Notes: a model not told the origin generated them from the sequence alone. A DNA stretch of 64,000 nucleotides from an uncultured Verrucomicrobiae bacterium (GCA_963834385.1 CAWIBO010000005.1:224001-288000), one strand, 5' to 3'; positions 20,053 to 30,645 are shown, counted from the stretch's first letter. Made by a program: numbers and translations.

Positions 20053-21572
20053 TGAAAAATCTCGCCAAATTTTTGCTCTTTGTCGTTCTGCTGAGCCTCG
20101 GGATCTCCCTGCTCTACGACTATCAGATGAAGCGGGGCGGGCTGGGTCTGCTGGCCCGGGTCACGCCGGAGAAGTATACCCTGGCGACCGAGCCGTTGAT
20201 CGACCCTAAAACCGTCCCGGCGCTGGCCTCCCTGGAGAATGACCGGCGGGCGCTGGTCAAGAGTGTCATCCCGTCAGTGGTCAGCCTGCGCACCATGCGC
20301 AAGGTGGCGGTGCGCCGGGCTTATGGCCTTGATCCGTTCGAATTTTTCAATCGCAACCCGCGGCAGTTCCGCATCCCGAACGAGGAGGCGATGGTGCAAA
20401 ACTCCCTCGGTTCCGGGGTGATCGTTTCCGAGGAGGGACACATCATCACCAACAACCACGTGGTCGACCAGGTGGATGAGATCGAGGTGCAGCTGCACGA
20501 TGGCCGGACGAAACGGGCCCGCGTGGTCGGGGCTGATGCCCAGGCGGACCTCGCCGTTCTCAAAATCGATGAGCCGAATGTGAAGCCGCTGAAGTTTGGC
20601 GATTCCGATCTGGTGGAGACCGGCGACTACGTCCTCGCGGTGGGCAATCCCTTCGGTTTTGATGAAACGGTCACGGACGGGATCATCAGCTCAAAAGGGC
20701 GCCCAAATCGCGTGGATGGTTTCGGCGATTTCCTGCAGACGAACGCGGCCATCAATCCGGGCAACAGCGGCGGACCGCTCATCAATCTCCGCGGTGAAAT
20801 CATCGGGGTTAACACCGCCATCATCTCCCGCAGCGGCGGTTCGCAGGGGATCGGGTTTGCCATCCCCTCGAACACGGTCAAAGCCGCGCTGGAGAGCCTG
20901 CTCAAGCAGGGCCGGATCATCCGCGGCTACCTCGGGATCCAGACCAACGTCACCCAGCAGCAGCAGTTCGACCGCGGCCAGGGTGGGGAAGGCGTGGTCG
21001 TGGGAGACGTGGTGCCCGGGTCGCCGGCAGCGGAGGCCGCCCTTCAGCCGGGCGACATCATCGTGAAGTTCGACGGTCATGAGGTGAAGACTTTCCCGGA
21101 GTTGCGTTCCCGGGTGTCGCAGGCGGAGTTGAACAAGGAGATCGAGCTGGAAATCATGCGCGGGGGCAAGGCGCGCACGGTGAAAACCACCATCCGTGAG
21201 CAGCCCGTCGATTACCTTTCCGCGGGTCGGGGCCCCGGGCCCAATCAGCCCCCGGCCGCTCCCGGAGACGAGGAGGAAGCGGAGCCCGCCGAGAACGCGC
21301 TCGCGGGCATCAAGGTCATTGAGCTGACGCCGCAGGTGGCGCGGCAGCTCGGAGTGCCCTCTTCCATCCGTGGCGTGGTGGTCGCCTCGGTGGACGCACG
21401 GGCCGGGCTGGAACTGCGCCAGGGCGACGTGATCGAGGAGATCAACCAGCAGCCGGTCACCGGCGTCGACGAATTCAACCAGGTCGTCTCCGGCCTGGAG
21501 GCGGACCGTCCCATTGTCCTATCCGTCAGCCGGGGTCGTAGCCGGTCCTTCATTGTCCTGCGCCGCAGATAG
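20052..21572 (+). CDS. HtrA/DegP/DegQ serine protease with two PDZ domains
   Basis: GSGVIV, TNNHVV, DLAVLKI, QTNAAINPGNSGGPL, two PDZ-like segments, N-terminal TM. Confidence 0.95.
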   Translation: MKNLAKFLLFVVLLSLGISLLYDYQMKRGGLGLLARVTPEKYTLATEPLIDPKTVPALASLENDRRALVKSVIPSVVSLRTMRKVAVRRAYGLDPFEFFNRNPRQFRIPNEEAMVQNSLGSGVIVSEEGHIITNNHVVDQVDEIEVQLHDGRTKRARVVGADAQADLAVLKIDEPNVKPLKFGDSDLVETGDYVLAVGNPFGFDETVTDGIISSKGRPNRVDGFGDFLQTNAAINPGNSGGPLINLRGEIIGVNTAIISRSGGSQGIGFAIPSNTVKAALESLLKQGRIIRGYLGIQTNVTQQQQFDRGQGGEGVVVGDVVPGSPAAEAALQPGDIIVKFDGHEVKTFPELRSRVSQAELNKEIELEIMRGGKARTVKTTIREQPVDYLSAGRGPGPNQPPAAPGDEEEAEPAENALAGIKVIELTPQVARQLGVPSSIRGVVVASVDARAGLELRQGDVIEEINQQPVTGVDEFNQVVSGLEADRPIVLSVSRGRSRSFIVLRRR

Positions 21573-21675
21573 ATATTCGCATTCTTGAGCACGCGAAAAA
21601 GCGCCCGTCCGCGATTCCTTTTTTGAATAATCCTCCCCACGGGAGGGTCTACCTCAACCAGTCATCAGACCAACT

Positions 21676-23349
21676 ATGAAACGAATCCTGCTTGCTCTAA
21701 CGGTCCTGTGCCTCCTCTTTTCCGCCTCCCGGCGGGCGGATGCCGAGGTTCAGGTTTCACTCGACTTCTTTTACGATAACCTCGGCGGCGGAAGCTGGAT
21801 CGAGGTGGATAATTACGGCTATTGCTGGCAACCCGGCGTGGCCGTTTCCAGCAGCGGCTGGCGGCCTTATGCCGACGGCTATTGGGCCTACACCGATCTC
21901 GGCTGGACCTGGGTTTCCTACGAGGACTTCGGCTGGGCCACCTACCACTACGGCCGCTGGGCCGATCTCGATGGGCACGGCTGGGTCTGGGTTCCCGGTT
22001 ACGATTGGGGTCCGGCCTGGGTTTCGTGGCGGACCGGCGGAGACTACGTGGGCTGGGCCCCGTTGCCGCCGGGCGGTGAGCCGATCTACGAGGGCCGGCC
22101 GATTGGCGGCCGGGTGGACGTCGAGTTCGATATCGGCCCGCTCTACTACAATTTCGTCGATATCCGCTACATCGGTGCGCCGGTCCTGCGCGAGCATATC
22201 TACGAGCCGCAGCGCAACATCACCATCATCAACAACACGGTCAACGTGACCAACATCACCTATAACAACTCGGTCGTTTACAATTACGGGCCGGAGTACG
22301 AGACCATGAGCCGCTATTCGGCGCGGCCCATCCAGCGCTTGAAACTGGAGCGCAAAAAGGACATGGATCCCGGCCAAGCCTTGCAGGCGGGCATGATGAC
22401 CAAGGTGCAGGGCGACAAGCTTGTCGTGGGCGCCCCGAACAAACTGGGGAAGGCGAACCGGAAGATGGCGCCGAAGCAGATCAAGAACACCGTGAAAGAG
22501 CCCAAGCTCCAGCGCGGCTGGGCGGGGATCGATGACCAGAACGTGCGCAAGAAATTAAGGCAAAAGATGGAGAAAGAGGACTCCAAGAACATCCCTCCGC
22601 CCACGATCGAGCCGCGTGGCGGGGCTGACGCGCAGGTGGGCGCTTCACCGGGTGGCGTCGATGCGGGTGCTGACGCCTCCGCGGACGTGGCCAAACAGGG
22701 CAAAAAGAACAAACAGGAGAAGCAGGGCGGGAAAAACCGTGGCCGCAACGATGGCCCCCCGACCGGGGATGCGAGTGAGGCGCTGGACAGTTCCGCCGCG
22801 ACCGAGGCTGACGCCAATGTAGGCGCGGGGCAGGGCAAGAAAGCCCGCAAAGCCGCGAAGCAGGAGGCCCTTGAAAACAAGCTCGGCCGCAAGGCCGGCG
22901 GGAACCAGGAAGAGCAATCCCAGTCCGGTGAAGAAAATCAATCAGTCAACAAGCCCGGCAAGAAGGCCCAGCGGCGTCTGCAGGGTCCTGAAGGCATCCC
23001 CGGCGAGGCCAACCAACCCTCGTTGAACGAGGCGCGGCCCATCCAGCCGCTGGAGCAGGGGAACCGCGGGCAGAAAAAGGCCCGTCGGCAGATGCAGGAA
23101 TCCGCCGCGCCGATGAATCCCGACGGAGGCCTCCTCCAGGAGAGCAATGCCGGCCCCGGGGGCGGACCCTCCAACAAGGCGCAGCGTCGCATGGAGAGGC
23201 AGCAGCAGCAGCGCATCCAGCAGGTCCCGCAACGCCAGGTTCAGCCGCAGGGACAGCCCCAAGGACAGCAACAGGAAGAGCAGGGGCAGGGACGCGGAAA
23301 GAAGAAACAGCGCAAGCAACAGGAAGAGGAAGCTCTCTCCCTCCCCTGA
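21676..23349 (+). CDS. Secreted DUF6600-like Trp/Tyr/Gly-rich protein with disordered Gln/Lys-rich tail
   Basis: Signal peptide; WRPY..G.W...GWTWVS.E.FGWATYHYGRW...W.PAWVSWR...YVGWAPLPP. Confidence 0.8.
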   Translation: MKRILLALTVLCLLFSASRRADAEVQVSLDFFYDNLGGGSWIEVDNYGYCWQPGVAVSSSGWRPYADGYWAYTDLGWTWVSYEDFGWATYHYGRWADLDGHGWVWVPGYDWGPAWVSWRTGGDYVGWAPLPPGGEPIYEGRPIGGRVDVEFDIGPLYYNFVDIRYIGAPVLREHIYEPQRNITIINNTVNVTNITYNNSVVYNYGPEYETMSRYSARPIQRLKLERKKDMDPGQALQAGMMTKVQGDKLVVGAPNKLGKANRKMAPKQIKNTVKEPKLQRGWAGIDDQNVRKKLRQKMEKEDSKNIPPPTIEPRGGADAQVGASPGGVDAGADASADVAKQGKKNKQEKQGGKNRGRNDGPPTGDASEALDSSAATEADANVGAGQGKKARKAAKQEALENKLGRKAGGNQEEQSQSGEENQSVNKPGKKAQRRLQGPEGIPGEANQPSLNEARPIQPLEQGNRGQKKARRQMQESAAPMNPDGGLLQESNAGPGGGPSNKAQRRMERQQQQRIQQVPQRQVQPQGQPQGQQQEEQGQGRGKKKQRKQQEEEALSLP

Positions 23350-23381
23350 CCAGGCGCCAGTCTTTCAACGTGGCAATCGCA

Positions 23382-23408
23382 GCGGCCCCGGTTTTCCGGG
23401 GCCGTTTT
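23382..23408. terminator. Intrinsic terminator between convergent genes
   Basis: GCGGCCCCGG-TTTT-CCGGGGCCGT followed by TTT. Confidence 0.7.
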
Positions 23409-23409
23409 G

Positions 23410-24412
23410 CTATGGCAACAGTTCGGCAATCTGGACCGCGTTCAAGGCCGCGCCCTTGAGCAGTTGGTCGCCCACGACCCAGAAGGCGAGGCCGTTCTCA
23501 AAGGCGCAATCGAGCCGGACCCGTCCGACCTGGCAGTTGTCGCGCCCGGCCACGGCCAGCGGGGTGGGATAACGCGCCGCCTGGGGTTCGTCCACCAGGT
23601 CAAGGCCGGGCGCCTTTCCCAGAATCTCGCGCGCCTGCTCCAGGGAAACGGTCCGCTCAAACTCCGCGCTGACCGCGACGGAATGAGCCCGGTAAACCGG
23701 CACGCGGACGCAGGTGACCGAGGCCTTGAAGTGGGGCAGATGCATGATGCGACGGCCTTCGCCCTGCATCTTCTGTTCCTCCTTCGTGTAACCGGTTTCG
23801 AGAAAGGAATCGACCTGTGGCAGGACATTGAAGGCAATGGGGTGGGGATAAACCTCGGGGACCGACGGGACGTTCCGGGCCGCATCCTCGCACCTGCCGC
23901 TGCAGCTCGGCAATGGCGCGCGCTCCGCTGCCGGAGACCGCCTGGTAACTCGAGGCGAAAATGCGCCGGACGCGAAACGCTCGGTGCAGAGGGTAAAGCG
24001 CCATCAGGGTGACCGCGGTGGTGCAATTGGGGTTCGCGATGATCCCCTTGTGCTGTTTGATGTCATCCCGGTTGATCTCGGGGATGACCAGCGGCACCGC
24101 GGGATCCATCCGGAAAGCCGAGGAATTGTCGATCACCACCGCGCCGGCGGCCTGCGCCACCGGGACATACTGGCGGGAGACCTCCCCGCCGGCGCTGAAG
24201 AAGGCGAGGTCAATTCCGGCAAAAGCCTTCTCGGAGAGGGGAACGACCTCCAGGTCCGTTCCGCGAAAGGGAAGGGTCTGGCCCGCCGAGCGGGATGAAG
24301 CCAGCAGGCGCAGGCTCGAAACGGGAAAATCACGGCGGTCGAGCACCGCCAGAAGTTCGCGCCCGACGGCGCCGGTCGCCCCGACCACGGCGATGTTATA
24401 GCTTTTCTCCAT
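23410..24412 (-). CDS. asd: Aspartate-semialdehyde dehydrogenase (one apparent frameshift near 23890)
   Basis: VVGATGAVG, IDNSSAFRM, IIANPNCTT, SYQAVSGSG; second frame TCVRVPV..AHS...DQLLKGAALNAVQIAE. Confidence 0.95.
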
Positions 24413-24444
24413 CAGGCGACGCAGTTTAACGTCCGTCCGGTTTC

Positions 24445-24900
24445 ATGCAAACCACCCGTCTTCGCATCTCGGTCAAGAAACAGGAACTTGTCCTGAAACG
24501 CGGCCGCCGCACGTTGCGGCGTTATCCCGTTTCCACTTCCGCCTTTGGTCTGGGCACGGAAGAGGGAAGCCTGAAGACGCCCACCGGTCGGTTTCGCGTG
24601 GCCGAGAAGATCGGTGCCGGCGCGCCGGGCGGGACTGTTTTCAAAAGCCGGCGCCCGGTCGGAAAGCTGGGGGAAATGCCGGAAGACGAAGACATGGTGG
24701 TCTCGCGCATTCTCTGGCTGGAAGGGCTCGAGCGGGAGAATGCCAACACGCACGGGCGTTTTATCTACATCCACGGGACAAATCAGGAAAAAGCGATCGG
24801 CCGGCCGGCCAGCCACGGCTGCGTGCGCATGCGTAACGAGGACGTGGTGGAGCTCTTTGACCTGGTTCCGGAAGGAACTCCCGTCCGGATTGCCCTTTAG
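24445..24900 (+). CDS. L,D-transpeptidase (YkuD family), single domain
   Basis: YPVSTS..G, TPTGRF, IYIHGT...IGRPASHGCVRM. Confidence 0.92.
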   Translation: MQTTRLRISVKKQELVLKRGRRTLRRYPVSTSAFGLGTEEGSLKTPTGRFRVAEKIGAGAPGGTVFKSRRPVGKLGEMPEDEDMVVSRILWLEGLERENANTHGRFIYIHGTNQEKAIGRPASHGCVRMRNEDVVELFDLVPEGTPVRIAL

Positions 24901-24990
24901 GCGCGTATTAGCCGGTGGGGCCAAAACCGACAGAAAAGCGTTGCGTCGGTCTGGCTCCACGCCTAAAAAGCGTCAGCAACCTGCTGGGAA

Positions 24991-24996
24991 AGGAGG
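24991..24996 (+). promoter_or_regulatory. Perfect Shine-Dalgarno sequence for the small lipoprotein
   Basis: AGGAGG 10 nt upstream of ATG 25007. Confidence 0.8.
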
Positions 24997-25006
24997 CGAA
25001 CTAATA

Positions 25007-25138
25007 ATGAAATTTGTGAAAGCGATCATGATCGTGGCCATCGCGGCCAGTGCACTGACCCTCGGGGCGTGTGCGCAGAAGAAGGATACGATGTCGACGA
25101 CGACAAGCACTTCCGCTTCGACCGGTTACTCGAAATAA
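25007..25138 (+). CDS. 43-aa lipoprotein with Ser/Thr-rich linker and C-terminal Tyr-Ser-Lys
   Basis: MKFVKAIMIVAIAASALTLGA-CAQKKDTMSTTTSTSASTGYSK; lipobox LGAC; strong SD and its own terminator. Confidence 0.85.
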   Translation: MKFVKAIMIVAIAASALTLGACAQKKDTMSTTTSTSASTGYSK

Positions 25139-25169
25139 CTCGTGTGACCAGCCGGTAGAACCTTTAACC

Positions 25170-25208
25170 AGGGGCCAGGCCGTTCGCGGCCCTGGCCCCT
25201 TTTCTTTT
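25170..25208 (+). terminator. Rho-independent terminator
   Basis: AGGGGCCAGGCCG-TTCG-CGGCCCTGGCCCCT followed by TTTCTTTT. Confidence 0.88.
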
Positions 25209-25259
25209 CATCGCTCTCCGGGCGTTGTCGTCCGGAGCCGGACGTAGTATGGAAACCTC

Positions 25260-26768
25260 GTGCTCGAACTAGACGGCCAGGCGCTCGCCCTTTCTCAGAT
25301 TGCCGCGGTCGCCCACGGCCCGGTCCCGCTCTCGATTGCCCCGGCCGCGCGGCGCCGCATCCTGGATTCGCGCGCGGTGGTGGAAAAAATCGTGGCGCGG
25401 AACGCCACCGTTTACGGGGTGAACACCGGGTTCGGGAAACTTTCCGAGATCCAGGTCAAACCGGAGGAGCTGCTCGACCTGCAGCGCAATCTCGTCCGCA
25501 GCCATGCCTGCGGAATCGGCACCCCTCTTTCCATTCCCGAAGTGCGCGCCATGATGCTGCTGCGGGCCAATGTGCTCACCCTCGGCTTCAGCGGCGTGCG
25601 GATGGAAATCATCGAGGCCCTCCTCGCGCTGCTCGATCGCGGCGTCACCCCGGTCGTTCCGGAGAAAGGTTCCGTCGGCGCCAGTGGCGACCTGGCCCCG
25701 CTGGCCCACCTGGCCCTGTCGCTCATCGGGGAGGGCGAATCGTTTTATCAAGGCGAGCGCCTTCCCGGAGGCGAGGCGCTGCGGCGGGCCGGTCTGGCCC
25801 CGGTGGAGCTGGCGGCCAAGGAAGGTCTCGCCCTGCTCAACGGAACTCAGGCCATGCATGCCGTGGGTGGCTTGTCTCTTTTTCGGGCCCTGCGCCTGAC
25901 CCGCGTGGCCGACATGGCCGGGGCCATGTCGCTGGAATCGCTGAAGGGCACGCCGGCCGCTTTCGACGACCGGATTCAACAGGCTCGCCCGCACCCCGGC
26001 CAGGTGGCGGCTGCGGCGCATCTCCGCGAACTTCTCGAGGGGAGCGAGATTCGCGAGTCGCATCGGTCGGATGATCCCCGGGTGCAGGACGCCTACAGCC
26101 TGCGCTGCATGCCGCAGGTGCACGGCGCGGTCCGCGGGGCGCTGGCGCATTGCGAGGAGGTGCTCGCCCTCGAGTCGCGCTCGGCCACGGATAACCCCCT
26201 CGTTTTCCCGGCCGGGGAAGAGGTGATTTCCGGAGGCAATTTTCATGGCGCGCCGCTGGCGCTCGCTCTCGACTATGCCGCGATTGCCCTGACCGACCTG
26301 ATGAGCATCAGCGAACGCCGAATTGAACGGCTCCTGAACCCCGACATGAACGAGGGTCTGCCCGCCTTCCTCGCGCGCTCACCCGGCCGGGAATCCGGAT
26401 TTATGATTGCGCATGTGGCGGTGGCTTCCCTCCTGGCTGAGGCGCGCATCCTTTCGCACCCGGCCTCGGTGGATAGCGTGCCGACTTCCGCCGGGAAAGA
26501 AGACCATGTTTCCATGGGGATGACGGCCGCGCTGAAATTCCGGACGGTGGTGGAGAACGCCGAGCACGTTTTCGCGATCGAACTGCTGGTCGCCGCGGAA
26601 GGACTCGAGCATCGTCGTCCTCTCCGGGCCGGGCGTGGGGTTGAGCGGGCTCACGCCGTCGTGCGGAGCCTGGCCGCGCCCCTCACGGAAGATCGCGTCC
26701 TGGCCACCGATATCGCCGCGCTCGCGTCCGCGCTGCGTCATGGCAAATTCGATCATCATGAGCAGTGA
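25260..26768 (+). CDS. hutH: Histidine ammonia-lyase
   Basis: [22 protein letters not shown] (MIO), [37 protein letters not shown]. Confidence 0.96.
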   Translation: MLELDGQALALSQIAAVAHGPVPLSIAPAARRRILDSRAVVEKIVARNATVYGVNTGFGKLSEIQVKPEELLDLQRNLVRSHACGIGTPLSIPEVRAMMLLRANVLTLGFSGVRMEIIEALLALLDRGVTPVVPEKGSVGASGDLAPLAHLALSLIGEGESFYQGERLPGGEALRRAGLAPVELAAKEGLALLNGTQAMHAVGGLSLFRALRLTRVADMAGAMSLESLKGTPAAFDDRIQQARPHPGQVAAAAHLRELLEGSEIRESHRSDDPRVQDAYSLRCMPQVHGAVRGALAHCEEVLALESRSATDNPLVFPAGEEVISGGNFHGAPLALALDYAAIALTDLMSISERRIERLLNPDMNEGLPAFLARSPGRESGFMIAHVAVASLLAEARILSHPASVDSVPTSAGKEDHVSMGMTAALKFRTVVENAEHVFAIELLVAAEGLEHRRPLRAGRGVERAHAVVRSLAAPLTEDRVLATDIAALASALRHGKFDHHEQ

Positions 26769-28425
26769 CAGGGTCATTCGGGCGCCGCGCGGCACCGGGA
26801 TCAGTTGCAAGGGCTGGGTGCAGGAAGCGGCGCTGCGGATGTTGATGAACAATCTCGACCCGGAGGTCGCGGAAGAGCCCGGGCGCCTGATTGTCTATGG
26901 CGGCACCGGGCGGGCCGCGCGGAGCTGGGAGGCTTTTGACGCCCTCGTGGAGGCCTTGCGCGGGCTGGAGAACGACGAAACGCTCCTGGTGCAATCCGGG
27001 AAGCCGGTCGGCGTTTTCCGCACGCACACCGATGCCCCGCGCGTGCTCATCGCGAATTCCAACCTCGTCGGCCATTTTTCAAATTACCCCGAGTTCAACC
27101 GGCTCGAGCAGATGGGGCTGACCATGTACGGGCAGATGACGGCCGGTTCCTGGATTTACATCGGCTCACAGGGGATCGTGCAGGGGACGTTCGAGACTTT
27201 TGCCGAGGCGGGCCGGCGCCATTTCGGCGGCAGCCTGGCCGGCCGGTTGGTCGTCAGTGGCGGACTGGGCGGCATGGGCGGGGCGCAACCGCTCGCGGCC
27301 GCTCTGAACGGGGCCTGTTTCCTCGGGGTGGAGGTTGACCCGAGCCGGATCGAAAAGCGGCTGCGCAGCGGTTACTGCGACAAGATGGCGGACTCGCTGG
27401 ATGAAGCCCTGCGTTTGCTGGAAGGGGCGAAAAAAGAGCGCCGGGCGCTTTCCGTGGGCCTGGTCGGCAACTGCGCCGAGGTGCTGCCCGAGCTGGTTCG
27501 TCGCGGGGTGACGCCCGATCTGCTGACCGACCAGACGAGCGCGCACGACGCGCTCAATGGATATGTTCCGCCGGGTTTGTCGCTGGAGAAAGCGTTCGAC
27601 CTGCGCAAAGAGGACCCGGAGGAATATGTCCGCCGTTCCATGGAGGGGATGGCGACGCATGTGCGCGCCATGCTTGACCTGCAGAAGCGCGGGGCGATCA
27701 CTTTCGATTACGGCAACAACATCCGCACGCAGGCGAAGAAGGCGGGCGTGGAAGATGCCTTTGCCATTCCCGGCTTTGTCCCGGAATACATCAGGCCGCT
27801 TTTCTGCGAAGGGAAAGGCCCGTTCCGCTGGGTCGCATTGAGCGGGGACCCCGCCGATATCGCGCGGACCGATGCGCTTGCGCTCGAGATGTTCCCCGAG
27901 AACGAAATTCTCGGCCGGTGGATGCGCCTGGCGCAGGAAAGAGTCCACTTCCAGGGTTTGCCCGCCCGGATCTGCTGGCTCGGCTACGGGGAACGCGCAC
28001 GCTTCGGCCTGGCTATGAACGACCTGGTGCGTCGCGGCGAGGTCAAGGCGCCGATCGTGATTGGACGCGATCATCTCGACACCGGCTCGGTTGCCTCTCC
28101 CTTTCGTGAGACGGAAGGGATGCTCGATGGCAGCGACGCCATTGCGGACTGGCCGCTTTTGAACGCGCTCGTGAACACGGCCGCGGGCGCTTCCTGGATT
28201 TCGATTCACAACGGCGGCGGCGTCGGGATTGGATATTCACAGCATGCCGGCATGGTCGTGGTGGCCGATGGCAGCGACGAGGCGGCGCGCCGTCTTGAAC
28301 GGGTTCTGACCAGCGACCCCGGGATGGGCGTGATCCGGCATGCCGATGCGGGCTACACTCGCGCCATTCGTTTTGCGCAGGAAAGCGGCGTCAGGGTGCC
28401 GATGAAACCCCAGGCAAGAGATTGA
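26758..28425 (+). CDS. hutU: Urocanate hydratase
   Basis: [57 protein letters not shown]. Confidence 0.97.
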   Translation: MSSDRVIRAPRGTGISCKGWVQEAALRMLMNNLDPEVAEEPGRLIVYGGTGRAARSWEAFDALVEALRGLENDETLLVQSGKPVGVFRTHTDAPRVLIANSNLVGHFSNYPEFNRLEQMGLTMYGQMTAGSWIYIGSQGIVQGTFETFAEAGRRHFGGSLAGRLVVSGGLGGMGGAQPLAAALNGACFLGVEVDPSRIEKRLRSGYCDKMADSLDEALRLLEGAKKERRALSVGLVGNCAEVLPELVRRGVTPDLLTDQTSAHDALNGYVPPGLSLEKAFDLRKEDPEEYVRRSMEGMATHVRAMLDLQKRGAITFDYGNNIRTQAKKAGVEDAFAIPGFVPEYIRPLFCEGKGPFRWVALSGDPADIARTDALALEMFPENEILGRWMRLAQERVHFQGLPARICWLGYGERARFGLAMNDLVRRGEVKAPIVIGRDHLDTGSVASPFRETEGMLDGSDAIADWPLLNALVNTAAGASWISIHNGGGVGIGYSQHAGMVVVADGSDEAARRLERVLTSDPGMGVIRHADAGYTRAIRFAQESGVRVPMKPQARD

Positions 28426-29330
28426 AGGACGATCCAAACTGGCCGAGAGCCTCGGCGTGGCTGGCGGGTGAGGGCAACGCCGGCGCCAGCGCGCCCTCCC
28501 TTGTTCTTCTGGGCGTGCCCACCAATACTTCCCTGACGCCGGGCCGTTGCGACCTGGCGCCGCGTGCCATTCGGGCGGCGCTCTCGCGCTACAGCACTTA
28601 TGATCTCGACCATGATGTCGACCTCGCGCGTCTCGGCGTCCGGGATGCGGGTGACCTTCCGGCGCCCGCCGATCTTGCGCGTGACCTCGATGATACGGCC
28701 GCGCGCATCCGCGACGCGATCGGACCGGCCACCGGCGCGCTTCTCGGCGGCGATAACGCGCTGACGCGGCCCGGCGTTCATGCCCTTGCGCCTGACCTCG
28801 CGGACTGCGCCCTGCTCACCTTCGATGCGCATCACGATTTGCGGGACCTTCAGGACGGTTTGCACAATGGAAATCCCGTGCGCGCCTTGTTGCAGGATGG
28901 ACTGCCCGGCTCGCAGATCGTCCAGGTCGGCGTGCAACCCTTTGCCAATTCGCCCGCCTACGCGGCCGTGGCTCGCGCCGCCGGGATCACTGTGATCTCC
29001 GCCGACGCGGTCCACGCCAGCGGCATCGAGATGGTGGTGACGAAAGCGCTGGCTCACCTCGCCAAGGGGGGGCGCCGGATCTATGTCGACCTGGATGTGG
29101 ACGTGCTCGATCGGGCCTTTGCCCCCGCCTGCCCGGGGGCCCGCCCCGGCGGCCTGACCCCGGCGATGATGCGGCAGGCGGCGTATCTCTGCGGCGCGCA
29201 TCCGGCAGTCAGGATGATCGATTTCGTGGAGATTGATCCCGAGCGCGACCTGGCGGACGTCACCGTGCTGGCGGCGGCCTCTTTTCTCCTCGCGTTTGCC
29301 AGTGGACTGGCGCGACGCCCGCGTTCGTGA
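28422..29330 (+). CDS. hutG: Formimidoylglutamase (arginase/agmatinase family)
   Basis: [24 protein letters not shown]; lies inside the hut operon. Confidence 0.8.
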   Translation: MKDDPNWPRASAWLAGEGNAGASAPSLVLLGVPTNTSLTPGRCDLAPRAIRAALSRYSTYDLDHDVDLARLGVRDAGDLPAPADLARDLDDTAARIRDAIGPATGALLGGDNALTRPGVHALAPDLADCALLTFDAHHDLRDLQDGLHNGNPVRALLQDGLPGSQIVQVGVQPFANSPAYAAVARAAGITVISADAVHASGIEMVVTKALAHLAKGGRRIYVDLDVDVLDRAFAPACPGARPGGLTPAMMRQAAYLCGAHPAVRMIDFVEIDPERDLADVTVLAAASFLLAFASGLARRPRS

Positions 29331-30583
29331 TGTCTGCCACCGCTCTCATCCGCATTGGTCAGCTTGTGACCGTGGCCGGTCCGCCGCAGCCCCGCACCGG
29401 CCCGGCGATGCGCGACCTGGGAATGATTCGAAATGGCGGCCTTCTCATCCGGAACGGACGAATTGAGCGGACTGGCCCATCCGATGAGATCGCTGCGGCC
29501 GCGGAGGAATTGGGCGCCGAGATCGTTGATGCCGAGGAAGGCGTGGTCCTGCCCGGTTTTGTCGATGCCCACGCGCATCCTGTTTTCGGCGGGCAGCGCC
29601 TGGAAGAATTTGAACAGCGGGCCGCAGGGGCAAGCTATGAGGAAATTGCCGCGAGCGGCGGCGGCATCCGCTCCACGGTGAAGCAGACACGCGCCGCCAC
29701 GGAGGAGGAGCTGTTGGCGCAGGCGCGCAAACATGCGGGCTGGTTCCTCCAGGGGGGCACGACCACCGTGGAAGCCAAATCCGGTTACGGACTTTCCCTG
29801 GAGGCGGAGCTCAAGATTTTGCGGGTCATCCGCGCCCTGAACCAGGAATCCGACCTCGAGTTCGTCCCCACGTTCCTGGGAGCGCATGCGGTCCCCGATG
29901 AGTTTCGTGGGACGCCGGAGCGTTACGTGGAACTGATCACGGAGGAAATGCTGCCGGCGGTGGCGGCGGAACACCTCGCCGAGTACTGCGACGCCTTCTG
30001 CGAAGCCGGCTACTTTGATTTGGCCACGACCCGGCGCGTTCTCCAGCGCGCCAGAGACCTTGGCCTTGGTTTGCGTCTCCACGCCGACCAGCTCACTGAC
30101 AGCGGGGGGGCGCGGCTGGCGGCGGAATTGCGGACGCAGACGGCGGATCACCTCGAGCAGACGGAAATCGACGGGATCCGAGCCCTCGCGGCGGCCGGCG
30201 TGCAGCCGGTCCTTCTTCCCGGGTCGGTCTATGCTCTTTCCAAAACGCGCTATCCGCGGGCCCGGGCCATGATCGAGGAGGGGCTCGCGGTTGTCCTGGC
30301 GACCGATTTCAATCCCGGATCTTCGCCGACGACCTCGATGCCGATGGTCATGTCGCTTGCGGTGACGCAAATGAAGATGCTGCCGGCGGAAGCCCTCGTC
30401 GCCGCCACCATCAACGCGGCCTGGAGCCTGCAGCGGGGCGACCGGCTCGGCTCCCTGGAACCGGGAAAGCAGGCCGATTTCACCCTCTTCGAGTGCGCTG
30501 ACTACCGCGAGATCATCTATTACTTCGGCACTTCGTTCACCCGCGCCGTTTTCAAGCAAGGCCAGCGGGTCTTTGCCGCCTGA
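29327..30583 (+). CDS. hutI: Imidazolonepropionase
   Basis: PGFVDAHAH, GGGIRSTV, EAKSGYGL, LATDFNPGSSP. Confidence 0.95.
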   Translation: MMSATALIRIGQLVTVAGPPQPRTGPAMRDLGMIRNGGLLIRNGRIERTGPSDEIAAAAEELGAEIVDAEEGVVLPGFVDAHAHPVFGGQRLEEFEQRAAGASYEEIAASGGGIRSTVKQTRAATEEELLAQARKHAGWFLQGGTTTVEAKSGYGLSLEAELKILRVIRALNQESDLEFVPTFLGAHAVPDEFRGTPERYVELITEEMLPAVAAEHLAEYCDAFCEAGYFDLATTRRVLQRARDLGLGLRLHADQLTDSGGARLAAELRTQTADHLEQTEIDGIRALAAAGVQPVLLPGSVYALSKTRYPRARAMIEEGLAVVLATDFNPGSSPTTSMPMVMSLAVTQMKMLPAEALVAATINAAWSLQRGDRLGSLEPGKQADFTLFECADYREIIYYFGTSFTRAVFKQGQRVFAA

Positions 30584-30607
30584 GGAGGGCCAGGGCGGGA
30601 CGCTTAT

Positions 30608-30636
30608 TTGCACCACGCCACAGGCGCCCGTAACGT
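30608..30636 (+). promoter_or_regulatory. Putative sigma70 promoter directly upstream of tig
   Basis: TTGCAC-17 nt-TAACGT; ATG 9 nt downstream. Confidence 0.55.
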
Positions 30637-30645
30637 CGGGGTCAC

